NCBI GenBank assembly: GCA_000092065.1
Contig: CP000588.1
DNA length: 64,000 bases
DNA from: Ostreococcus lucimarinus
Lineage: Eukaryota
Strand: one strand, 5' to 3'
Part shown: positions 1 through 8,283 of the stretch, piece by piece
How the letters are laid out: each line of letters opens with the position of its first letter
Numbering within the stretch: position 1 is the first letter of the stretch
The notes under the pieces: model-generated
Database searches by the model: none
What the model was told of the DNA's origin: nothing
What the model saw: only the letters and a program-made list of their open reading frames with translations
Program-made: the position numbers and the translations under genes

Positions 1-91
1 GAAGGGCGCGACGGGCGGCGAGAGCGGGGCGAGGGACAATTCTTCGGGGGCGAGGGAACGCTTCGACGGCGAGGATGACGCGCGCGAGCGA

Positions 92-1309
92 GTGAAGGAG
101 GAGAAGAAGCGGAAAAAGGCGCCGAGCGATATAGCGTCGATGATTGACGCGCTGGACGATGAGGATGAGCGCGATGGTGGGTCGCAGGCCGGACCGTCGA
201 AGGCGTTGGCGGCGTTCCGGGGCGAAGACGCTAAAGCCAACCTGCCGGTGTCCATCTTCGGTAGACACGCAAACGCGGCGACTGGGGCGAATATCGCGAA
301 GAGATTGGCGAGCGAATGGCCGGAGCCGGAGTGGCGAGCGCCGTGGAAGCTTTATCGTGTGATTTCGGGACACCAAGGGTGGGTGAGATCGTGCGCCGTC
401 GACCCGGGGAACGAGTGGTTCGTCACGGGCAGCGCAGATCGCACCATCAAGGTTTGGGACTTGGCGAGTGGCAGCTTGAAGCTCACTTTGACCGGTCACA
501 TCGAACAAGTCACCGGTATCGTGGTGAGCCAGAGGCATCCGTACATGTTCTCGTGCGGTTTGGATAAAAAAGTCAAGTGCTGGGACTTGGAGTACAACAA
601 GGTGATTCGTAACTATCACGGGCACCTTTCGGGAGTGTATTCGATCGCGATGCACCCGACTTTAGATCTGTTGATGACGGGCGGTCGAGACAGTGTGTGC
701 AGAGTTTGGGACATGCGCACAAAGAGACAAGTGTACTGCCTCACTGGACACGAGAACACCGTTGGATCCATATTAGCGCAAGACGAGAATCCGCAGCTCG
801 TCACCGGTTCGTACGACAGCACGGTTCGCTTGTGGGACTTGGCGACTGGTAAAACGATACATACACTGACTCATCACAAGAAGGGCGTGCGTGCTATGGC
901 GATGCACAAGAAGGAATTCGCATTCGTTTCCGCTTCAGCTGACAACATTAAAAAATTTTCGTGCCACGGTGACTTCATGCACAACATGTTGAGCAAACAG
1001 AATTCCATCGTGAACACGCTGTCTATGAACGACGATGATGTTGTCTTTAGCGGTGGTGATAACGGTAGCATGTGTTTTTGGGACTACAAGTCTGGGCATT
1101 GCTTCCAACAAGAAAAGGCGTTGGTGCAACCCGGTTCGTTGGAAGCCGAATGCGGGATCTACGCCTCCACTTTTGACGTCACCGGTTCGCGCTTGATCAC
1201 GTGCGAGGCCGACAAAACGATCAAGATGTGGAAGGAGGACACCGAGGCTACGCCTGAGAGTGCGCCGATTCTTCCCTTTGCCCCACCCAAGAATATTCGG
1301 CGAAGTTGA
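92..1309 (+). CDS. PLRG1: WD40-repeat pleiotropic regulator PRL1/PLRG1 (Prp46), a spliceosome NTC component. The reading frame is open to base 2, so the N-terminus probably lies upstream of the window.
   Basis: Seven WD repeats with WDL and GH motifs. The segment [21 protein letters not shown]...[21 protein letters not shown] is typical of PLRG1. The frame stays open upstream of the first ATG. Confidence 0.85.
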   Translation: MKEEKKRKKAPSDIASMIDALDDEDERDGGSQAGPSKALAAFRGEDAKANLPVSIFGRHANAATGANIAKRLASEWPEPEWRAPWKLYRVISGHQGWVRSCAVDPGNEWFVTGSADRTIKVWDLASGSLKLTLTGHIEQVTGIVVSQRHPYMFSCGLDKKVKCWDLEYNKVIRNYHGHLSGVYSIAMHPTLDLLMTGGRDSVCRVWDMRTKRQVYCLTGHENTVGSILAQDENPQLVTGSYDSTVRLWDLATGKTIHTLTHHKKGVRAMAMHKKEFAFVSASADNIKKFSCHGDFMHNMLSKQNSIVNTLSMNDDDVVFSGGDNGSMCFWDYKSGHCFQQEKALVQPGSLEAECGIYASTFDVTGSRLITCEADKTIKMWKEDTEATPESAPILPFAPPKNIRRS

Positions 1310-1340
1310 TTAGTAGTAGCGATATTAATACAAGTCGTTC

Positions 1341-2357
1341 TCAAAGTTCGTCTTTCACCGCCTTCTTCTTCTCCAGGCTTTCTTTGTGCTGCTTGAACAT
1401 TTGCTTCGTGTCGTAGTCGGCGCGCATCAGATTTGCCAAGGCTTCCACGTCGATACCCCGCTTGTTCTTGATGAAGATGTCCGCGCCGTTCGACATCAGT
1501 CCCCACGCCGCGTGGATGTGATCGCCGCGAATCGCCTTGTGGAGCGGCGTTTCACCGTCCGCGTCTTGCGCGTTCACGTCCGCACCGGCATCGATCAACA
1601 CCTTCACCATTTCGAAGGAGGATTTATGCGCCGCCTCGTGCAGCGGCGTTGTCAAGTTGCCCGTGCTCCGGCGCGCGTTTGGATCTACGGCTTCCGCCTC
1701 GAGTAACGTCTGCATGTAAGGAATGCAATACTTCTTCCACCCTCGCGCCGCGATGTGAATCGGTTGGTACCCTTGATCCGTTTCCTCGATCGGATCCGCC
1801 CCGTGTTCCAACAGCGCGTGCAAAATCGGCACGCTTCCTCGCTGTCCGCACGACCCCGCGTTGAAGTGAATCGCCTTGCCTCCGTACAGTTTCGCGTTGG
1901 TATCCGCCCCGAGTTCGATCACCGTCCGCACGTACGTATCGTTCCCGACCAATATCGCGTGTTTCAGCGCCGTCAACCCACTTCGGTGCAACGGCGCGTT
2001 TATGTCGTGATGATCCGGAAATTTTTCAAATTGATTTCGCAGCTCCTCGTGATCCATGCGATGGCCCACGTGCAGCAGGTTCGCCGGCTTCTCTTCCTCG
2101 GGTTCCGGTTCGGCTTCGCGCGCGTTCGGGTCCGGGACGACGTCGTGTTCGGCGTCGGCTTCGCGACCGCCGAGTCCGTACGTGCGTTGCAGTTCACTGT
2201 ACAGCGAGCTTCGTCCGAATCCGCCCGCATCGACCCGTCGCGCGTGACGCAGCAGCGTCAGCGCGGCGATGACGACGATGACGACGACGCGCGATGGCGC
2301 GAACGCGACGCGCGCGCGACGAAGGCGCGCGTCGCGCGACGACTCGCGGCGCGGCAT
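1341..2357 (-). CDS. Ankyrin-repeat protein with an N-terminal hydrophobic segment
   Basis: Tandem ankyrin consensus units (TPLHEAAHKSSFEMVKVLIDAGADVNAQDADGETPLHKA). The ATG at 2357 is confirmed. A hydrophobic stretch follows an R-rich N-terminus. Confidence 0.7.
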   Translation of the reverse strand: MPRRESSRDARLRRARVAFAPSRVVVIVVIAALTLLRHARRVDAGGFGRSSLYSELQRTYGLGGREADAEHDVVPDPNAREAEPEPEEEKPANLLHVGHRMDHEELRNQFEKFPDHHDINAPLHRSGLTALKHAILVGNDTYVRTVIELGADTNAKLYGGKAIHFNAGSCGQRGSVPILHALLEHGADPIEETDQGYQPIHIAARGWKKYCIPYMQTLLEAEAVDPNARRSTGNLTTPLHEAAHKSSFEMVKVLIDAGADVNAQDADGETPLHKAIRGDHIHAAWGLMSNGADIFIKNKRGIDVEALANLMRADYDTKQMFKQHKESLEKKKAVKDEL

Positions 2358-2663
2358 CGGTCGCGGTTCGCGATTTTCCTCGCGATCCGAGCGATCGAGG
2401 ATTCGCGGCGCGCGCGCGAAGGGTCGCGAACGAGGCGACGCGACGTGCCGACACGCGATCGCTGGGTGTTCAGTTGTCTTTTTTTTTTTTGGCTCGACGA
2501 AGGAAGGCGCGAACGAGACGCCGTTACAATCTGAGCTAACGCGTGCGTGCGGTGCGCGTCGCGGTGAGTTTACCGCGTGACGACGAACGCGCGCGCGAAC
2601 GAGTGATGGGAAGAATCGCGCCGCGGCGAGGGCGCGGAGACGCGGCGAGAGCCGCGAAGGCGA

Positions 2664-3203
2664 CTACGCCGCGGCGGGCTCGCGAGAGACAAACTTTCGC
2701 AGCGCCACGCGACCGCACTTTTTATATTCGTCCACGAGATCGTGGCACGCGGTGACGTTCGCGGCGTTGGCGCCGTAACACGCGCGAACGCTCGCGGCCT
2801 CGACGGCGCACGGCGGCTCGCGCGCGCCGTTGAATGGATCGCGCTCGAGCGCGTCGAGCTCCTCGACGAATCGACGCGTTCGAGCGATTTCTCCCTCCTC
2901 TCGCTTGAGCAATAAATCTCCCACGCGCTCGCTCGCGCGAAGCGCGCCGTCTACATCTGGGTGTCTGCGTCTCACCGCCTCGTCCGCGATCGCCTCGCGA
3001 TGATTCCCCGGCGCGACGCGCGCCGTCGACAACAGGTCCGCCGGCGCGAAGAGCCCGCGCGCCGCCGTCCCCGGTTTCGCCCCGATCCCGCTCGTCGACG
3101 CGCCTCCCCGTTCGCCTCCGCTCGCCGCTCGCGCGTCCCGCTCATTTTCACCGACGTCTTCCCCGCTCGCCCGTCTTCGCGCCCTCTCGAGCTCGCGAAC
3201 CAA
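2664..3203 (-). CDS. Twin Cx9C (CHCH-domain) protein. The ORF contains no ATG, so a 5' micro-exon is expected.
   Basis: The C-terminus CAVEAASVRAC...CHDLVDEYKKC forms two Cx9C pairs. The listed start is TTG. A branch motif GACTGACG (minus strand, + coordinates 3239-3246) followed by AATAG (acceptor around 3216) lies immediately upstream. A candidate ATG sits at 3270-3268. Confidence 0.45.
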   Translation of the reverse strand: MVRELERARRRASGEDVGENERDARAASGGERGGASTSGIGAKPGTAARGLFAPADLLSTARVAPGNHREAIADEAVRRRHPDVDGALRASERVGDLLLKREEGEIARTRRFVEELDALERDPFNGAREPPCAVEAASVRACYGANAANVTACHDLVDEYKKCGRVALRKFVSREPAAA

Positions 3204-3354
3204 GCGCGCCGTAATCTATTCGCCTCGCCGCCGCGCGTCGTCAGTCGTCGCGCCGCGTTCGAACCTCCATCGCGTTCGAGCCTCCGCTCGCGCGTCGCCG
3301 TCCGTTCGGCCGCGCGCGGACGACGACGACGGCACCGTTCGCGTCGTCGGACGC

Positions 3355-3356
3355 GT

Positions 3357-3411
<55 letters not shown>
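3355..3411. repeat. (GTC)n/(GAC)n microsatellite of about 19 units with one interruption. It lies in the divergent spacer between the CHCH gene and the HA-repeat gene.
   Basis: Direct reading of gtcgtcgtcgccgtcgtcgtc... Confidence 0.95.
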
Positions 3412-3746
3412 CTTCGCATCGCGCGTCGTCGCGTCGTCTCGCGCACCCGTATCCGCGCCTGCGCGCCCGATCGAGCGTCGTTCGCCCGCGCCGCGCTCTT
3501 CGACGCGCCCATGGCCGTCGCGTCGCCGTCTCGCGCCGTCGCGCGCGCGCGCCGCGGTGGCGCCGCGCGCCCGAGATCGAGACTGTGCGTCACACACGGA
3601 CTGAGAATGAAACGAGACTGCGTATCACACACGGACGACGGGATAAGGTCGGACGGTCGTCGCGCGCGCGCGCGCACACGGCGCCGCGGCCTCGGCGCCG
3701 AGCACGGCGCGAGCGATGACGAACGAACGCGCGCGAACGTGAGGAC

Positions 3747-5744
3747 ATGGTGGCGACGGCGCGGGCGACGGCGCGGGCGATAAGGACGCGCGATGGCACG
3801 CGATGGCACGCGAGGGGACGCGCGCGGAGGCGCGCGGACGCGCGACGCGGGACGCGCGCGAGAGGGACGTCGCGCGAGGACGCGGACGTGGACGTGAGCG
3901 GAGACGCGAGCGCGCGCGCGGAGGCGAGGGAAGACGACGAAGCGATTCGAGAGGAACGGCTGACGCCCGAGGATGAACTCTTGGCGAAGATTGAGGCGAG
4001 ACGAGAGGCGATGTTTCGAAGGAGCGAACGGACGAGGGCGACGAACGCTGGGCGCGATGAAGACGGAGTGGATTCGACGATCGATCGGGAGGAGACGCGA
4101 CGGGAGGACGAGCGGGAGGCGACGACGTCTGGGCGAAGACGAGACGAGTCGCCGTCGCGTCGGCGGCGAGTCGCGTCGGCGGCGGAGGATCCGTCGGCGG
4201 TGAGATCGAATGAGAAGCGAATCGAGGGCGATAGCGTCGGTGGTAGAGCTCGTCGAGAGGACACAGAGTTAGTCTGGGTGCTCGAACGTCCGGGTGAGGG
4301 CTGGGGAGAGCAGATTTTGCCAACCATCAAAGCGGAGCGCCGCGCGGTGGAGCGCCCGGCGCCGAGAAGGGCGCTGAGCTCTAGCGAGGAGTTTTTGATA
4401 CGCGAGATCGGCTTGAGTTCGGACGAAGTCGTGGCGGCTTTGAGTGCGGCCGCGGCGTGGCGCACGACGAAGAAGGGCCGAGCGTTGGTAGATAAGCGAC
4501 GCATGCGCCTCGTTCAGCAAAACGTCCTCCCGTGCGCGCAGACGATGTTCAATTTCGGCGCGTCGAAAGAGGATATGGCGCAGATTGTGCGAGATTATCC
4601 CATCGTCTTATCCCTCGACACTTCAACGGCATGGAATATGGATTTTGTGGAGTACGTCGTTCGGCAGAAAACCGAAAGCGGGGGCACGAAGGGTCGCATT
4701 CGAACGAAGGCGTACACAGGACGTCGCCCTACTGTCAAATCCATCTACAGACCCGAAAGAGTTTCCGATCACATGACTGAGTGGATCAGTCAGCAGCGTA
4801 GCGATCGTGACGAAGGTTTACTCAATCAAGAGCAGTTGTACTTACTCGACGCTATCGGATTCGACGCTGATAGATACGTCACGCAAGACATGTTGTTGAA
4901 ACGAAAAGGTAGAAAGGTTTGGGAGAAGTGGTTCGAAGAGCTCATCACTTTTCAGCAGCGCACCGGGCTGACGAATCCACCTTACGAAGAGGGTGTGACC
5001 ACAGGTCTCGGCGCTTGGCTGGAAGAGCAGCGGGAGTTGTACCGCATCGGCGAATTAGTCGATAAGCGAGAGGAGCGCTTGCGCGCGCAGGGCATCGCTT
5101 TTGACTCGCTCGAAGCGCTCGAGGAAGTCAAGAGGTTGAACTCGTTCGTTCGCGATACGACCATCGAACCTGTCGAGAACATACTTGCAAACACGCAGTT
5201 CACGCAGCTTGCTTTAGAACTCCGAGCTTTCCTCAACGAGAATGGGGAATACGCGGAGCCCAACGTCAATTCACCGCTCGGCGTGTGGGTCATCAAGACG
5301 CGCGCCAAAGTGCGAGACGGCACGATTCGCGACGAAGACATGCAGGCTTTAGAGCAACTCAACCTCGATATGGTCTACATCCCGGAAAGTTGGGTTGCGA
5401 TGTTAAACGTTTACGCGGACATGCGTGCGAGGCGCTCGAATTCCCTCGGCGTGGACATCATGAGAGTGAAAGCTTGGCAACGCGAACAGCTCGACCTCAT
5501 GAGGCGCAACGATGGCTCACTCACGCAGGCGCAGGTCAATCGTCTGCGCCACGTAGCCGCGATCGACAACATCGCTGGCTTCGCGTCAAACGCAGTACGC
5601 AGCGCGCGCGAAGAGCGTGCGAGAGAGTTTGCCGAGTTTGAGGCGCGCGTCGCCGCACGCAAGGCACGCTTGGAAGCGCTCGAAAAAGTCAAGCTGTCCA
5701 TTGACGAAGAACAAGACGAAGAACACGAAACGGACAATACTTAG
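3747..5744 (+). CDS. Protein with an R/E-rich N-terminal extension, mTERF-like motifs and C-terminal helicase-associated (HA, PF03457-like) repeats
   Basis: mTERF-like units LIREIGLSSDEVVAAL...NFGASKEDMAQIVRDYPIVLSLD. Three HA-like units with the W..F..L..F....G...P...LG.W...QR pattern (WEKWFEELITFQQRTGLTNPPYEEG, LGAWLEEQRELYRIGEL, WVIKTRAKVRDG). ATG at 3747. TGTAA at 5761, 17 nt after the stop. Confidence 0.5.
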   Translation: MVATARATARAIRTRDGTRWHARGRARRRADARRGTRARGTSREDADVDVSGDASARAEAREDDEAIREERLTPEDELLAKIEARREAMFRRSERTRATNAGRDEDGVDSTIDREETRREDEREATTSGRRRDESPSRRRRVASAAEDPSAVRSNEKRIEGDSVGGRARREDTELVWVLERPGEGWGEQILPTIKAERRAVERPAPRRALSSSEEFLIREIGLSSDEVVAALSAAAAWRTTKKGRALVDKRRMRLVQQNVLPCAQTMFNFGASKEDMAQIVRDYPIVLSLDTSTAWNMDFVEYVVRQKTESGGTKGRIRTKAYTGRRPTVKSIYRPERVSDHMTEWISQQRSDRDEGLLNQEQLYLLDAIGFDADRYVTQDMLLKRKGRKVWEKWFEELITFQQRTGLTNPPYEEGVTTGLGAWLEEQRELYRIGELVDKREERLRAQGIAFDSLEALEEVKRLNSFVRDTTIEPVENILANTQFTQLALELRAFLNENGEYAEPNVNSPLGVWVIKTRAKVRDGTIRDEDMQALEQLNLDMVYIPESWVAMLNVYADMRARRSNSLGVDIMRVKAWQREQLDLMRRNDGSLTQAQVNRLRHVAAIDNIAGFASNAVRSAREERAREFAEFEARVAARKARLEALEKVKLSIDEEQDEEHETDNT

Positions 5745-5760
5745 AATAGATGCAAAAGTT

Positions 5761-5765
5761 TGTAA
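5761..5765 (+). promoter_or_regulatory. TGTAA putative poly(A) signal. It recurs 15-100 nt after + strand stops at 10450, 14662, 17811, 33237 and 59725.
   Basis: UGUAA is the known polyadenylation signal of chlorophyte algae (established knowledge). Here it is found downstream of 6 of about 12 + strand genes inspected. Confidence 0.45.
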
Positions 5766-5805
5766 AACGCTCGCGATACATCATACAAATTCTGTTTAGT
5801 CGACT

Positions 5806-6753
5806 TTATACGGCCTGCACGTTCCACGACGTGTTCGTGTTGCGCCTCCCACTCATAGCATTGTACTTCGCAAAGCTCGGATGTTCCTCTAACGCGCCGC
5901 TCTTGAGAAGCGTGTACAGCTTATACGTCTCTGCCAGCGTAAACGCACCCACAAAAACTGGCATAACCCGAACGAGCCAGAATCCATAAGCTATCACTCC
6001 CAAACTCATCACGGTGGAGAGGCAAATGATGGTCGTCGCCGTCGTAGTCAAAGACACAGAGCACATGGCCAAGAGCGCCATCAGCATGCGGCAGCCATCT
6101 AATGGATACGCCGGGATGCACACGTTGAATAAGAACAAGAAAATGTTCAGCCAACATCCTTCGTACGCGAGTGCTCCCACAAAATTATCTCGAGGCCACT
6201 CGCTGATGTCCGTGCTCCCAGTGGCCAACGCAAAACTCGCCACCCATCCGGCGAGCATCGGCGCGTGCGTCAATGGACCCGCGAACGAGACAAAAAAGTC
6301 TCCCTTGGCGTCCGTCGCGTCGACGTTCACGTATGCTAGTCCCCCGAGCGGCCAGAGCAAAATATGACTCACCTGTCCTCCTACCGCGCGCGCCGCCGCG
6401 CAATGTCCGAGCTCGTGCACCAGCACCGTGAAGAAGAGCAACACGCTAGCGAACGCCTGCAGCGCGAAAAGGAAGAAACTCGCCGAAAACGCGGCGAGCA
6501 CCAGCGTGAACACGATGTAGGTGTATAAAAGCGGACTCACGTGCACGTCGATGCCCATGATGGTGAACAGCTTGGGTGAGCGCGAGTACCACGGCTCGTT
6601 CGTTTCCGCATCGTCGGCACGCGGGGTGAAGACGGGATTGCCGATCGCGGGAAACGGTTCTGCGCTCTGGCTCGGCGCGCTCGGGGCGTCGGAGCGCTGG
6701 AATGGGTTCATTGGAACGACATCATCCGTGGCGCGCGCGCCGCCGGAGGACAT
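5806..6753 (-). CDS. Site-2-protease-type (peptidase M50) intramembrane metalloprotease
   Basis: HExxH motif inside a transmembrane helix (LVHELGHCAAARAVGG) with multiple hydrophobic helices. The first ATG is at 6753. The ORF's listed start at 6801 is TTG. Confidence 0.7.
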   Translation of the reverse strand: MSSGGARATDDVVPMNPFQRSDAPSAPSQSAEPFPAIGNPVFTPRADDAETNEPWYSRSPKLFTIMGIDVHVSPLLYTYIVFTLVLAAFSASFFLFALQAFASVLLFFTVLVHELGHCAAARAVGGQVSHILLWPLGGLAYVNVDATDAKGDFFVSFAGPLTHAPMLAGWVASFALATGSTDISEWPRDNFVGALAYEGCWLNIFLFLFNVCIPAYPLDGCRMLMALLAMCSVSLTTTATTIICLSTVMSLGVIAYGFWLVRVMPVFVGAFTLAETYKLYTLLKSGALEEHPSFAKYNAMSGRRNTNTSWNVQAV

Positions 6754-6897
6754 CGCGAGAGCGTGGCGCGACGGTGAGTGGGCCGATTGCGCCAACTCCA
6801 ACTGTTCACTTTTGAAACTGCAAACGACGCGACGAAGAGGCTGAAAGAACAGGGACGCTCGTTACAAGAATACAGCGAACGTATCGACTAGTTAGAT

Positions 6898-8030
6898 TTA
6901 ATACGGGCACGCCTTCGGAAGCTTGGTCTTGGCATTGCGGCCGCTCATGTCAAACTTCTTGTTCGCGCTTCCACCCATGACCATGAGGTCGCCTTGGTAC
7001 TTGCGCAAGGCGCGCTGCGCTCGACGGTGCACCAAGGAAATTTGGGTTGGCAACGTCGGGTAGTCTCTGCGAGTGATTCCACCGCCACTACCACGACAAA
7101 CGCCGTCGCTTGAAACTTGCATGCCGGCGTGTCGAGCGTTGGCGCGAACAGAATCGCGACTGTCGCTCGGACGGTGATTTTGCTTGTAGTATCGTCGAAA
7201 CTCTCGCGGACCGATGCGCTTTGCCTTTCCATCGGCGCCGATAATGATGAGTTCGTAGCCGTTGTCGGCCAGACGCACTGGACCATTCGTGAGTTCTTCC
7301 ATGGAAAATGCCGGGGCGTCATCGTCCATATCTTCATCGCTACTCTCCGCCTCTTGCGCGGCGCGTTCGATGTTCGCCAGCGCCTCTTGCGTTTCATCTT
7401 CGTCCATTTCTTCCCATTCACCATCGTACTCGTCCACGTCGTCGTCGTCGTCATCCTCTTCGCCTCGTCGTCGCGAGATTTCATCCAACAACGCCTCCGG
7501 AACCTCTTCTCCCCGCGCGATGTACGCGTCCACCTTGGCCAGCGTCTCCTTGTGCGCCTCGGCCCACTTCTCGAATCGCTGCGCCCGCAACACGCTTCTC
7601 GGAAGCTCATCCTTGCGCTTCAGATGCGATTTTCCCGCCTTAGCCGTCCCTCCTTCTGACCTCTTCTTACTCGCCGCCTCCTGCGCCGCCGCTTGCGTCA
7701 TCACGCGGTCGAACAAGTCCTTCCCGACCACCGGCAAACCGGCGACGCCGCGCTTCAAGTTGTACCGATGCCAATCCGATTTGTAATGCAGCTTCAGCGC
7801 ATCCATGGTATCGAACACCACGCCCTAACGTCGCGCGAACAAACGTGCATCACAGTCGTCAGTCACCGCGCGCGTCGACGGCGACCACCGCGCGTCTCTC
7901 GTCGTTCGACCCGTCGTCGTCGCGCGACCATCGCGCGAGGGCACGCGTTTCGTCTTTCCCTCGTCATCGCCGCCTCGTTTCGACGCACCGGCGCGGTGTG
8001 ACACGTCAACCCAGCCCCGGTATCACTCAT
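6898..8030 (-). CDS. REI1: REI1/ZNF622-type C2H2 zinc-finger factor for cytoplasmic 60S maturation. Two exons: join(8030..7989, 7824..6898).
   Basis: LHYKSDWHRYNLKR and REFRRYYKQN are REI1/ZNF622 signatures. The ORF start is GTG, preceded by TAG. Upstream there is an acceptor TTAG at 7825, a branch GACTGACG (+ coordinates 7857-7864) and a donor GTGCGTCG (+ coordinates 7981-7988). Exon 1 is ATG..MSDTGAGLTCHTAP (42 nt), which supplies the missing zinc-finger residues. Confidence 0.7.
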
Positions 8031-8283
8031 CTCGCGCTTCGCTGGCGCTCGCTCGCCTCGATCGCGCTCGGCGCGACGCGAAGTGTCGCCAAATCCCCGC
8101 CGCCGCCGCCGCGAGCGATGGACGCGCTCGAGAGACGTCTTTCGACGCCGCACATCGCGACGACGGGGCGCATCGCGCGCGCGAAGGCGAAGGCGAACGA
8201 AACGCGAACGAAACGCGACGACGCGACGACGCGACGACGCGTGACACGCGAGACGGCAGGCGGACGCGCGACGACACGCCGTC

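Noticed and set aside
2961-3809. Long overlapping ORFs on both strands (2961..3719 +, 3216..3809 -, 3241..3597 -) encoding poly-R, poly-D and poly-T
   Set aside because: They are translations of the (GTC)n microsatellite and a GC-rich spacer. There is no domain content, they are mutually exclusive, and they sit in a divergent promoter.
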